A stretch of 63,875 nt of DNA, the filler included, from Rhabdomonas costata (lineage: Eukaryota): the NCBI GenBank assembly GCA_019059605.1. It is 19 parts of 19 records of this genome, joined end to end, with 100 filler letters (N's around TTAATTAATTAA, not from the genome) between each part and the next. Parts side by side here need not be neighbours in the genome. Positions count along the whole stretch, not along the records: positions 23,478 to 26,726 come from JAHMHO010001117.1; positions 26,827 to 30,072 come from JAHMHO010001118.1; positions 30,173 to 33,777 come from JAHMHO010001119.1; positions 33,878 to 37,125 come from JAHMHO010001120.1; positions 37,226 to 40,470 come from JAHMHO010001121.1; 14 more parts are not named here. One strand, 5' to 3'. The position numbers were made by a program, and so were the translations under genes. The notes under the pieces were generated by a model. It worked only from the letters and a program-made list of their open reading frames with translations, did not search any database and had not been told where the DNA came from. Below, piece by piece: positions 24,468 to 37,295 of this stretch (position 1 is its first letter; each line of letters begins with the position of its first letter).

Positions 24468-27400
24468 TGCAGCGGCCAGGCGCCAATTGCCTTTTTTCGA
24501 GGATCCTACCGCTGCCCAAGTTTTTAGCGTTTCTTGCGTCCAATGGGAGGGTAGCAAGCTGAGTTTTCCAAAATGTTGTGCTAAAAAGTTGGTACTGTTT
24601 TCACTTTTTCCAGTGGATTTTTTGTACCGCTAAGTGCATGAAAGTCACTTTTCCGATGTGCATTGCAGCGAGCAATTCGCTGCCGTATTTTGGATTCAAA
24701 TTGAATTATACTAAGATCGGTAATCTTCAGTATGAGATGACCCTTTTCTGGGTTAGAATAGCTAAAAAAAAGACAGGATGCAGTGTTTTGGGAGGTCTAT
24801 TGTGCGCGGAAACACGGAGACTCTCATTTGCATTTCGCTTTCGTTTGGGGAGCAGCTGTGGAGAATGCTGACTGAAAATGTTTTTGCCTGTCCAGCGTGC
24901 AACTGCGGTTACACCGTCAACTGGGAACTGCGCCCTCCGCCTGCCCCACGTGTCCCAGGCTTGTGCACAAAAATGCGCGATAGAAACTCTGTGTCCACCT
25001 TCATCCGGCGCCCAACACTGGGATGAGAAACCCTTGTTGGGGTGCCTCCACTCAACGACCACACAGAATGCGGGGAAGAAGTGCATAGAACCCACGCACA
25101 ACTCACCCCTGGGCACACTCCGCGCAGCGCATACACTCCCACAAACACAACACACCGGAACGTGACACCACTCTCTTCCTGACACCCCGCGAGAGGCTGA
25201 ACACACGAACCCGGCAGGGCTCACAACAGTACCTTGACCACCGGGTCCAGTTAAAGCAGTACCAAAAGTCGGAGTCACTTCACCGCTATATATAGTCCGA
25301 TGCAGACCAGTAAAGACTTAAATACACGACCGGTGTGATTAATCAACTCGAATAAATACCGAGGGGACACTGCGTTTCGGGAGGCTTGCGGTATGTACAG
25401 AAGACCCCAGGCCTCACAGCTCGAGGGTCACGCAGCCTTCCAAAAATTGAAATGAATTCACTTGTTGAACTTGACTGAAATCAAAAAATGAAAAAGAAAC
25501 CCTTTTCGTGGCAAGCAAGAGATGCACGGGGTCACCACAGTGTTTGGTTCATCAGAATTTCCAGCAGCAAACACCAAACGACAAAAAAACTGACAAAGCT
25601 AACGATAACCGGAAAAGCTGGGGAACCGCAAAGGCTGTAAAGGAATGGGGGCACATAGAGCAACGAACACACAAGCACCCAAACTCTTTCTCTACTAGAT
25701 AGACAAAAGCAGCGGTCCGGCAGCAATCTTTAACCATGCTTTTCGTTCAAATTTGATTTAATCCACCATACATACCCTGTCTGCACCATCTGCGGTATCT
25801 AGCACCAAATGGAGGGTTTGTGCATAATTGGTGAGCCAGGTGATTTAGGTTCTTGCCGTGATTTTTCATGGTGGAGTCTTTCCCCCCTCTAGGTTGCGTT
25901 ATTGAACAGACCGTCCCGGCCATCTGCGGCGTCATCGCCATGATGCCTGCTGCACCATCTTGTCCGTCACCGCCATCAACGCCATCAAGCGTTGTTATAG
26001 GTGGCAAAGCTCAACTCGCCCCACCGCTTGTCTCGGTCAGTTTCAGCTTCTTCCTCTGGGCAAAAAAAGGAGTTTGGCGTGATAGGAAATAATGCACAAA
26101 AAACGGTGCGGAAAATTGTCGAAAACCTTGTGCTCCCGTACATTTTTACAGGGGACTCACAGGATTGCAGGGTGTTTTGTATTTATAAATTACCTTAAAA
26201 ACATGCCTTTCAGATTAGTTGAAAGAGGAGTTTGCAGCATGACTGGAGCTGTCCCTGAAGAAATCCTGTGAGAGTTCGTCTGGAGCTTGACAAGCTTGGC
26301 AAGCTTGTTCCGTGTGCATCAAATCTCTGAAGCATTTCATGTTTTGTGCTTTTCTGTCCAGGAACCTTACAAAGTCAGCAATCCGGCATGATGCAAAGGA
26401 CGACGGACTCGTTAATAATATTGAATAATCCCGCAGTCTATAAGTATAACCAACAGACACACGCACCTACGTATGCTCCTGTTTCAGCTAAACAAACGGG
26501 TCCTTTAGTGGTGCTTCTAAAACATCCTGTCTAAGGGGCTCACCCCCACCATCAAAAGGACCGGCCTACGCAGCGTTTTCGGAGGTCCTCTGTACATACA
26601 AAGGACCCCGGGCCTGCTTCGGCCTGTCAACCTCTGTATGAAAAAACAAGCGAAAGAATTCCTTTCTTTTCCCCTCCATCTCCTTTCCTGCAGGCATTGG
26701 TTTGGTTTCAACCAGAACACCCTGCTNNNNNNNNNNNNNNNNNNNNNNNNNNNNNNNNNNNNNNNNNNNNTTAATTAATTAANNNNNNNNNNNNNNNNNN
26801 NNNNNNNNNNNNNNNNNNNNNNNNNNTTGTGGGGGGCGGATCACCAGCAACATGCCTGGGGTTACGAGGCGTCAGACGGGTGTGAGAGGTGTAACGGGTG
26901 TCTTAAGCCGCCCCCCACCAACTGTGCCTGACCCACCGCGGCCGCTGCATTGGGGAGAATCACCACCCCCTCCTCTAATGCTGGGTGTGGGTGGAGGTCC
27001 TTAGGAAACCTCACTGGCGCATTATCACCGCGGTTTGATGGGCGCGATCAGTTGAGATCAGTCGATCTATGCTTGGGGCTGTTCTCGCCTGTGTTTACCA
27101 ACAAGACTACCTTGCAATCCTCAGAAGAGTTGTATTCAATCCCTTCGGCGTTTTGGAAATACTGACAAGCACCTCCAAAATACCTGAAACACCACGCTGA
27201 GGTCGTAAACTTTCAGCGTAGATGTAGGGCCGCATGGCGGGAGACGGGCGAGGGGTTGGGAAGAGCAGGAAGGGAGCTGGAGGCTTGGGATGGCGCGAAC
27301 ACGGAGGTCTGCGTGGGTGAATGTGTGTGTGAAAGAGAATTCAGCTTTCGAGCGAAAAAAAAAGGAGCCGCGAAAAATCTTTAAGAAGGTTGGAAGGTAC

Positions 27401-30400
27401 CCCCCCCCCTTCCGCAGGAAGGAAACGCCCCGTGCGCAAATTGAGAACAAATGCTAATACGCATCATCTCCCATCCAAAAGACACCGCACATCACATGAA
27501 TCCAAAAATATGCAACCCCAAACCACTTGCATACAAACAAACCCCACCCCACCCCCCTCTTTCCGATTTGCTTGTGCCTCACGCTTCCTTCTTTGCCGTG
27601 GTGATCATTGGACGGCAAAAAACTGTGTTTTCCAAGCATAAAAATCGCATCGGACCGGAGGGCAGCAATTTTGTGCAGCAAGCCCTTAAAACTGGAAAGC
27701 GGGAAAGCTGGGGTCACAATCAAGAAGCCCCAAAGTCCTATAAAATTTCCATCAAAAGAAACAAAAGAATTCCATCCATTTTCGATGCACATATATCCAT
27801 GATAAAACATCTCTGGACGAAGGAACCAAGGCACTTGAATGTCCACCAGAAAACAAAAATAAATTCGCCTGACACATTACATCAGAAACCAATCAACGTC
27901 GGTCGTGGTGACGTCCGTGCAATTTAAAGAAAACTGGAGTTCTGCAAGCAAATGCACTGAAAAAGCGGAGGCACCCACCTCCTCCATGGATAGCCCCAAG
28001 CTGAGAGATGTGCTCTTGCGCACATTTTGAAGCCTTGGCCACTGCCATTCACAAAAAAGCAAAAATATCAAGGGGAGGAGGGGGGGCAAAAAAATAGAGG
28101 CGCTGAAGGGTGCGGTAAACGGAAACTACGGATTCAACGTTGCTATCATGATGTCACGGTACTTCATGTTATGTTGCATGTCTTTTCTTGCCCCCATCGC
28201 CTGGCTCCCCGCACTCCCAACAATTCCAGTCAACGATTTCTCGACTAGGAACAGAAGAGGCGCGAAAGATGGAACTGAAAGAATGTCCCTAAGTTACATG
28301 AACGCTACCTGGGTGCTTGGATGCTATAGCACTGTCGCCCTCCTCCAGAGAAGCGGCATATACTGCGACTGCGCTCCTTGTAGGGTGGGTATGATGCCTT
28401 TCTGAGAGTACTGAGGGAAAGCAACATAGGGCCGATCCAGCTCAAAACGGCTCGAGAACATGTAACCCACGCCCTTCTGACAATTGCTGCCAAAGGTCGA
28501 ACCCAGATGACCAATTTCCAGAATCGCATTCAAGCAAAAGTCTTTGTTCCTTGGACCACTGATGCACTGAATACAACCATTTCTTCTTTCCCTCCATCTG
28601 GTCGTAGTGGCGGTAAAATTCATTCACCTATCACCGTGAAAACCATGAACGCCAGAAGTGTAAGGCAACCATGACCATCGGGAGCCAATTTTATTGCACA
28701 AGCTGTGCGAGATGCCTGAACCTCTCAATTCTCAGCTCTAAGCGTTTCGGACGGATTCTAAGCTGTCAAACTTCATCCCCAAAACAAAAGCAGCAGAACT
28801 CGAAATCAGCTGAAGCATGGTCAAATGTTCAGGAATGTTCCCGCCAGGCACCAGCCAGGCGAAGAAACAATTACAAGACTGCATCGCGAACACTTTCACA
28901 AGAAGCGGCGCAGCTCAGCCGTCAAAGGGCAACCCCCCCTCCCGCAACGAGCAATGGAAAACGAGAAATAGCAAGAAAACAAAGCTTGCAGAAGGAACAA
29001 TTTACATTTCCCTCACTGTGATCAACATTTCCCGTCCAGGACCCAAACCCCTTCAACATCACAAGGAATGACACACTTACCCCCCCCACACACACACACC
29101 CGCTTAGGTGGGAGGAATGCTTCGGAATCAGACGAAACCCGACAAAAATCCGGGCATCGCCCTGAGCACTTGAACGGAAAAGAAGGGTAGCGTTGAATTA
29201 AGAGGAAAGAGAGTCTGTGCTTTGTTGAATTAAGGGAAGACATATCCAAAAAAGAGAGAGAGCACTCTCAAAGCTCCCGACTGGTAAAGAAGCAAATGTA
29301 CAAGAGGAGTGGAGAGCGAGAGAGAATTTTTGAGACCCCAAACCGAGGCTTAAAAAACGGCCAACATCACGGCTCGATAGTCCAAATTTTCTGGGAGTCT
29401 GAGTCACTGCAGCATCTCTCTCGAGCGCTTGGGTGCGCATGGTTGGCAAACATATTGCACGCACACAACAAAAAAGGTTAGGGGCACGCAAAACAAATCT
29501 CTTCCCTGTATCAACTGACTCAAGGGAAGGGCATCAACTCAATGCCAAAAACTCATCGCGCAAGGTTACAGGTTGTTGGGTCTCCTTGCCGAAACACTGG
29601 TCAGCACCGAAAGACCAGGGGTCCAATCTTAGCAAGCAGAGAACTGGAATGGAATCCCAGTTCCCCCAATCACGTCTCCTTCGCCTGGGTCATCTGAAGC
29701 CGCCGGGTCGTCATTTTCTTCCACCGCGTGTGACACTCCCGGCACTCATAATACACGTAGCCCTACCACAGGCAAAACGCCAACGCCCGCAACCATGAGA
29801 TCAAGAAAGGCGGGAAACGTGGAATGGGGAGGGGGTCGATGGCGAGGTTTTAAAAAAAAAAGAAATCAACAGTGCCCACTCCTCCACTCTGCATTCCGAT
29901 GCTGTGCTGGTAATGTTTTGGTTGGTTCCTTCGGCCTCTCATGAAGTCTTCTGCCCCATGAAGACATCCCAAATGCAGTTGGCAAAATGATGCTCTCGAC
30001 TGAAGGACTGGAGGTCAATCCTCCGACTGCAGCGTAAGTTGGAAATCCAGACGGATTAACGGCCAAACATCCNNNNNNNNNNNNNNNNNNNNNNNNNNNN
30101 NNNNNNNNNNNNNNNNTTAATTAATTAANNNNNNNNNNNNNNNNNNNNNNNNNNNNNNNNNNNNNNNNNNNNTGTGGTGGGTGTGGTTGGTGGTTTTGGG
30201 GTTTGGAACGATTGCCAGACCTCGTGGGAATGACTGGGTTGGGCTTGCTTACGGATTCATTCGGGCAGCAGGGGATGAGGAAAACTTGACCGGGCCCCTC
30301 CGAGAAAGGTTTATTGTGTTGCTGGTCGGGCCAAGGTTCTGAAGTGTGTCCTATCGACTGTCTTGAAATCCGCTTTTCATTTGCCGGTTGTCATGACACA

Positions 30401-30606
30401 ATGAGGAAAGGCACATGGTGCTACTTTTCATCCTGACTCCGGAATCTGCGGTTGTCGTCCTTTTTTCATGCCAAGCTCGGATTCGTTCCAACGAAAAAGG
30501 AGAGGAGACTCAAACTTTGTTTTGGGAAGTTTGGGGAAGGGTTCTGCGGAGTGTGTGAGTGTGAGTATGTGTGTGTGTGTGCGTGTGCACGCGCGCTTAT
30601 TTTCAG

Positions 30607-32879
30607 GCTCCAAGGGCTAGTGCTTGAGGCGCAGGGCAAGCTGAACGATGCCAATGCCTGCTACGATGAGATCCTGACTGAGACCAAGAACACGGATGCT
30701 CACGTACAGAAGCGGAAGGTGGCGGTGGCCAAGGCCTTGGGCAACACCGCCGCGGCGATTGCTCAGCTGCAGCAGTATCTTGGCCTGTATCAGGTTTCAA
30801 TTGAAAATTTTGCCTGGCGTGGGGTGTGTTGGGAGCGGAAAGAGGTGTCGTTGGGGTCAGCCCCAGCGGATTCTTTAATGAGCTACAGCACGATTTCCTC
30901 TTTTCCAGTCACGGAGTAGCTCACGAATCCCCTCTTTATCACAACCGGCGAAGTTCTTGTTTCAACGTTCCGTCCCGGAAGCGCTTGCGAAATAATCACA
31001 AAAAAAACTGAAACGGAAACCACTATAACTCAGCAACAAAAACGCAAAGTTAAAAGTATGCGGTGTGGGTGTGGGTGTGCGCGCGTTTTGCCCTGTGGCG
31101 AGACACTTTTTTTTGGTCCGACAGACCGACACGGATGCGCACCATGAGCTGGCGGAGCTGTACGTTGGGGAGGGCCAATTCGCCAGGGCCGCGAGCTGCT
31201 ACGAGGAGCTCATCCTCCACGAGCCCCAGAATTACCTTTTCATGCTGAAGTGCGGAGAGGTTTGTCGCGAAGCCATTTGGTTTTGTGGAGAGGTGAGACT
31301 TTCTTCTATGACTTAGTTGTGTCTGTTGGACTTGGAGCCCGAATTGCCTTTTTGAAGATTGCACTCTCATCGGCAAGACAATTAAATCTTGAAATATAGC
31401 TCCTGGCATGTCTTTGGTGGATCCTCTGGGGTTCAAGCTTTTCACAACAGACGCTGCATGTCGAAGTTGTTGTTTGGGGGATTGCTTCGCGGCACATCCG
31501 GTTTATCTCCCAGTTGGAGGTCGAGATTGAAATCGCGCAGAGTGGGACGACACGCCTGCATAACATTCACGAGCGCTTGATTCTCGAATTGCCTCAAGGG
31601 CAAACTGCCAAGACCAAGGATTGGAATTTGCACACGAGCCCTGACAGACGTATCCAGACGGAAATTCCCTCCCTCGAAACTACAAAGGCCAAAATCGACA
31701 CTTGCAGTTCACGTGTGTTATCAATTATTCATGCAGGCGTGACCCTCATGTGCTTTTTCTGTTGTTTATGCAGGCGCTGTTCTCCACGGGGGAAAAGACG
31801 GCCCTGCTGGAGGCCAGAAAGTACTTCGCCCAGTCAATACGGCTATGCAGCTCAGTCAACAATCTGAGGGCATACTACGGTTGCCAGCTTCTCTTTCTTG
31901 CTGTCTGCTGATCGAATGCTGTTTCACCTAATCTCCCACAAACAGTGCTCAGGTGTCGGTGAGCCAGGGAGCGCACGCACAGGACGTCACAAAGCAAAGC
32001 AGGCACGAAAGGGTACCAAAAGGGTATAGATGCAGTGAGCCAAACTGGTTGGAAGTAAACGCAGTGGGCAAAGGCGACAGGAAGATGAGAGAGGTAATAG
32101 AACTGGTGGGAAGGGAGTTGTGACTACTGTACCACTATTGTGGCCAATGTATCCCTGCTGTAGGGCGGGGTATGTCTGCGCAGGAGGTTCCACAATCCCA
32201 AGTGACTGCAAGTTGTTAACGAGCAACCATATGACAAAGATCTGTTTAGATACCCTGTGCGAGGTTCTTATCGCGATTGTTCCCCGCGCAGTGGCACAGT
32301 GGCCGCTGTATGCTACCGAGGGAAATTTTTGTTAGTTCAAGAAGAAAGGCCCCGAAGCCACCGGATGTGCCCAAGTCAGAGGCTCACCGTACACAAAACA
32401 TTTCCCATCGGACAATTGGTGCCATTCAAGAGCATGTTTTGAGCCCTCCTTTGGCAATGGGTTGCAATAGGAATGAACTACGTGAAGCAGCTAAACAGAC
32501 AGTATCCGCATCCGTGCCAACTTGTGCGCTCCTTCGCACAACACTTTGCTCGTTTCTTCTCCCAACTAGCGCTGTGGCTGACCTGCCTGGCCCTGGCGTC
32601 CCGCCACGGGCTGAAGGCCAATTCCGAGAACTCGGAGCTGCTAACTTGGGCCAGCGGTGTGTTTGCTTACCGTGACTTCCGTGCGCGTGCACCGGTGTTT
32701 GTGGAAACCATCGGAAAAGTCAATGGCCCCCATGCAAGCCCCTCCCCATGACGCTCATGCTCGTTGGTCGTTGGTCACGCTCTCGACTCCCAGGGAAGAT
32801 CAAGGGGTTGTACTCCTCCCATGCTGCCCAGCAACTTCCCATGGCCACCCTGCTGCTGAAGAGTGCGAAGTTGGCATAG
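30607..32879 (+). CDS. EMC2: ER membrane protein complex subunit 2 (TPR protein), 5'-partial
   Basis: Exons 30607-30793, 31125-31259, 31774-31879, 32570-32656 and 32794-32879 are in frame: GLVLEAQG...YDEIL...KRKVAVAK...YL...DAHHELAELY...AASCYEELIL...ARKYFAQS...NLRAYY. Confidence 0.9.
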
Positions 32880-33692
32880 GTTGAGGGCGGAGGGAAGAAC
32901 TGAGCACTGCTGCGGGAGTTGGGGAGTTGTGGACTTGTGCTGCTTAGTGCTTGACTCGTTGGGAAACGCTCGCTCGAATTACGTGCAGCGGGTGCATTGG
33001 AGACAGTTTCATATTGGCTCGTGATGTGGATGTATTGTCAGTTCCTGTTCCATACGAGGTCATCCAACGAAGCTTTGCGATATTGCAAAGTATTTAAGCA
33101 GTTTTTTTCCTGCTTGCCAGATATGCTGATGGCGACCACAGGGGTGCAGGCATACTCACCCGCCCAATTGGCATATTTTTTTTGCTTACGTTTTATGGTG
33201 TGGTTTTTCGGCGTAGGTGCTTTCTTTTTGAACTAATAATAGGTTATCTCATTCGGCCCGCGTTTGCCTTGTGAATTGAAAACGAAATTTCTCCTCGTGA
33301 AGCAGTTCGTGAGGGGTGCGTCGTGCCTTTGATGCTCCTGTGCGGTCACTTTGGTGAAAGGTCATACCACATGCCTTATTTCTCAAGCGCCCGCCCGGCT
33401 GAATCGGGTGGTGGTGAAGTCCTTTCTCCAGCTTGCACAGATCTTTTCTCTTTCCCCGTGTTTGTGAGTTGCTTACGTCTCCTCAATGTGGCAAGTGCTT
33501 CGCCAAAGACAGGTGCGGGTGCGCACGTCAGGACAACTGTCGCCTTCCCCTCCCCTCCCCTCTTCCAGTCACTCCCCAGGGTTTTCTGTCCGGTGCTTGA
33601 CGTATCTCCTGCTCGCTGTGTGTGGGCGTGTGCAGGGTCTGGCTGACTTGTTCTTCACTCGTGCGAATCGGGGGTTCTGTTTGGTCCCCTTT

Positions 33693-33694
<2 letters not shown>

Positions 33695-33777
<83 letters not shown>
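33695..33777 (+). repeat. Poly(A) run at contig end
   Basis: About 83 consecutive A; the true length is unreliable. Confidence 0.9.
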
Positions 33778-35248
33778 NNNNNNNNNNNNNNNNNNNNNNN
33801 NNNNNNNNNNNNNNNNNNNNNTTAATTAATTAANNNNNNNNNNNNNNNNNNNNNNNNNNNNNNNNNNNNNNNNNNNNGGTATGGGTATAACCACCCACGC
33901 ATGGTGTTGTTGTTGGTGATGCTGGTAGTGACGATGCTGTGATGCCATCTGGTAGTCAAAGCTGCTACACCTCACCGTACCGATGCAATGTAGCAGTTCT
34001 GGGTGTCATGGCGTGGAAGGATGTTGTTTGCCGATGGTGGCACCTAGATACCTCCGACCCACCGACCCACCCGTATCCCGTGACCACGCAGTCATCACCT
34101 CCCACCTCACCTCATGCTCTACTTCCACTGCTGATGTGTGAGGGGTGCAAGGGCAGCGGCCACCACCTTGATGGTTGATGGGGTGACGGAATAACCACTA
34201 CCAACGCTGAGACCGAAGGGAAGAATACATGTCAAGGTACCTATGATGGATGGATGTGACGGAGGGGCATGCTGGGTTGAGGGGATGTATGCCGCTGTAT
34301 GTAAGGGTGATGGGTGCTAAGGGTGGAATGGGGCCCCGTCCACCAGGTCGTCGTCACTCCTCACACGCGCTCGTCGTTCCTCCTCCTACATGTTGAACCC
34401 CAATATCTATCTGCAATGCCCTACCTTGCATGATGACCTCCGCTAACTCTACGGCCACCACGCCAGTACGAGGGGAAGGATACAAGTCGCTACCCTCCCT
34501 ACTACTACTCCGCACATGCCACCTCCACTGCGTTACGGTGCCATGTGCTACGTCTATGCTGAGGGCCCCACACAGGATGAAGGGATGTATGCCAGTACCG
34601 ATGCTGAGATGCCCATGGTGATGATGGCTGCTGGTGGCGTGGGGCCTGATGACGCTATCGTTGTGTGTCTCGCTACGTCACTCGCTACCCGCTCGTTCCC
34701 ACGCTCGTAATGTATCAACTCTATCATCCTACTACGGACATGCCATCTACGCCACGATGCCATGCCCTCTATGCGTATCTGAGCCCATAGTGAGGGGTAG
34801 ATGCGGCAAAACCTAAGGGTCAAAGTCCCATATTCCATCCCAACTTGCCTGCTTCTGTCCGTCGATCGGTGTCTGAGCCTCCCTCCTTTGTGCTTGTCGG
34901 AGCGACCAACATGCGAGAGGGGGGGGTGGTCCTGGGCGACCTTAACTGCACACACACATACACACGTTAAAAACACACGCACACATTTGGGAACGACTGC
35001 CATTTCCCATTCACAACGGAACTCAAAGCGTCATCAGCACGCAACTTGCAAAAGAAAGTTTCCTGCACGGCAAAGTGTTTTGTGTCAGCTGAGTAGTGCA
35101 GCAGCCGCGTATTATTTGTTTGTTTTACTGCTTGGTAGCATTTGTTTGTTGGTTGGTGGTCGTTAAGGATCCTATTTTCCCACTCTTGCACACACGCAGC
35201 AGTTACCATGGACATCATCCCTTCTCGGCCTGCTTTTCATTATCATAG

Positions 35249-35578
35249 AAACACACATACACAAAGTGCTCGGTGAACATGGTGCGGCGGGAGGAAAACG
35301 GGTCGTTTCAGCGCAAGGCTGTGGTGTCGTTCGACCTGGACCCCGAGGCGGACGCGGCGCGGCGGGCCCTCCACGGGCGGGTGTTCTACGGCCGCCGGAT
35401 GGCCATTGAGCCCTACGAGGGGCAGCTGGAGAAGGAGCTGGAGCGACGCAACCGCTGCGTGAAGCTGCGGCTGGTGTACGTCGGGCTGCCCCGGATGGAG
35501 ACCCAGGGCAGGATCCCGCCCCGCTTCCGTATCCCCAAAGACCGCAGGGGCTGGCCCTGGGACGTGCCCGACCCGTAG
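35249..35578 (+). CDS. Terminal exon of an RRM-domain protein
   Basis: Starts after an AG acceptor, with high GC3. ...SFQRKAVVSFDLDPEADAARRALHGRVFYGRRMAIE fits RRM beta3-alpha2-beta4. Confidence 0.65.
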   Translation, partial: KHTYTKCSVNMVRREENGSFQRKAVVSFDLDPEADAARRALHGRVFYGRRMAIEPYEGQLEKELERRNRCVKLRLVYVGLPRMETQGRIPPRFRIPKDRRGWPWDVPDP

Positions 35579-37295
35579 AGAGCGCTGCAGCCTCCACAAC
35601 TGACCCAATTGATGCGGGGAGGAGCGGTTGTGTGGGGGTGTTGGAGATGCTGATCTTCTTGTGAAAGCTTTCGGATTCAAGTGCGGAAGGATACATTGCA
35701 TGTCAAAGGAGGGCTTAACTCCCCAGTGGAGCGCAGCACTTAACGTGCATGGCATTGGCTTTCTGCAGAATATCGTCGTCGTCAGCGAAAGAAAAACAAC
35801 CCTGGTCCAGGTGCAGTAGCTTTGCAAAAAAAAATAACACTGCCATTGGCTTTGCTTGCGCAGAAAATGAGACGTGAAATTTCGGGTGTTAATGGTTTAT
35901 CGAGGCGTCAATATATTGGTCCGTGCTGCCAGGGAGCTTTTGTGCAGCTTATGGTTTGTTTCGTGCATAATGAAAAGGGGCACAAGGGAGAGGACATTGT
36001 AATGGATGGGGCTGAAAATGGGCTCATTTGGCGCATTGGAGGTTTCAATTGCAGGAGTGAAGTTGATTAGCATCCCCGCAGTCACCCTCTCTTTCCCCTT
36101 TCTCGGTGGGTTTCTGATGAGCGGTAGTGCACGAGGAACGGCTGATAACTACTTTGCTGCAGTGTGCTTTTTGCCTTGCCTGTGGGTTTCTTGTTGCGAG
36201 CTTATTGGAGAGCTGTGATAGTTCTTGTGGCTGGCTGTGGTAAAGAAACGACTTTTGGAACGAGTCGGGAGCAATACGCTGCGCGATTTCCAGTCTCGCG
36301 TTCTGAAAGAAATGCAGAGTTGTGCTGCTGGCGCCCGAATACGCACTCAACCTCCTCAGATCAGATGAGGAGGGGGACGGGAAGTGGATGGGACTGACGA
36401 AATGTTTGTTTTTGAAAAAATGGTTCGGTAATGGAGACACATCCACATACACCACAACCCAACTGGAACGTGAAGAAGGGCACCATGGGGTAGCAGCCCA
36501 CACAGCCTCCCACCCTCTGGTTGAAAACTGCGCAGCTTGGTGGTCATGCGGTGGGTGGAGTGAGCTGTAGGCCGAAGGCCCCAAACTGGTCAAGATTTTC
36601 GATGGAAGCGTGTGCAGCGGAAACCGAAAACCGGCGATGACCTGTGGCAGAAAGGTGCACAAAGTTAGTGTTCAAGGGTTGGGGTGTTTTCCGCGCTCCG
36701 AGGAATTGGTTTGCCCTAATTTCGTGTTTTCTGCCTCAGGTTTTTCTGGGATTATCGGGGCCCGTTGTTTTTTCCAAAGGGCCCGGTCTGCTTCGCCGTT
36801 GTTGTTGTATTGGGCACTGCCCGTTTCGTACGCCACCCCTCTCGTCCTCTCTTTATGAACATCGCAGCTGTCTACCTCGACTATTAATTTTTATCTTATA
36901 AAATCTGGGCAAATGTCATGATACTGCATCCCCACCCTCCCGGGCCAAAGCAAGTTCCCGGAGGAGGAGGGGGGGGCCGAGCCGCCTAACCTGGCACCAC
37001 CTACTAACCCTAGGCATACTGTTGGTGGGGCTTCCCCCCCCCCCTTCGCATCCCGGGTGTCGCCACCTGACCCATGCCTTGAGATTACCAAAGTCCCTTT
37101 AAAAGTGTGCGTCGCCAAACTGCACNNNNNNNNNNNNNNNNNNNNNNNNNNNNNNNNNNNNNNNNNNNNTTAATTAATTAANNNNNNNNNNNNNNNNNNN
37201 NNNNNNNNNNNNNNNNNNNNNNNNNGTGTGATTAGGTTGTTGGTGGCGTTACACTTTACGGCGAGCCCGAAAATGGCAAGAAGGTGGAGGCAAAC

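Noticed and set aside
28305..28627. Minus-strand ORF ending LEPF-TGA as a possible selenoprotein or readthrough
   Set aside because: No recognisable family, redox motif or SECIS; contig 9 was left unannotated.
32257..32442. TVAAVCYRGKFLLVQEE resembles a Nudix hydrolase N-terminus
   Set aside because: No Nudix box follows; it is a short intronic ORF.
33695..33777. Poly(A) as a retroposon tail, and the resulting poly-Lys ORFs
   Set aside because: It is truncated by the contig end, with no target-site duplication or retroelement sequence upstream.
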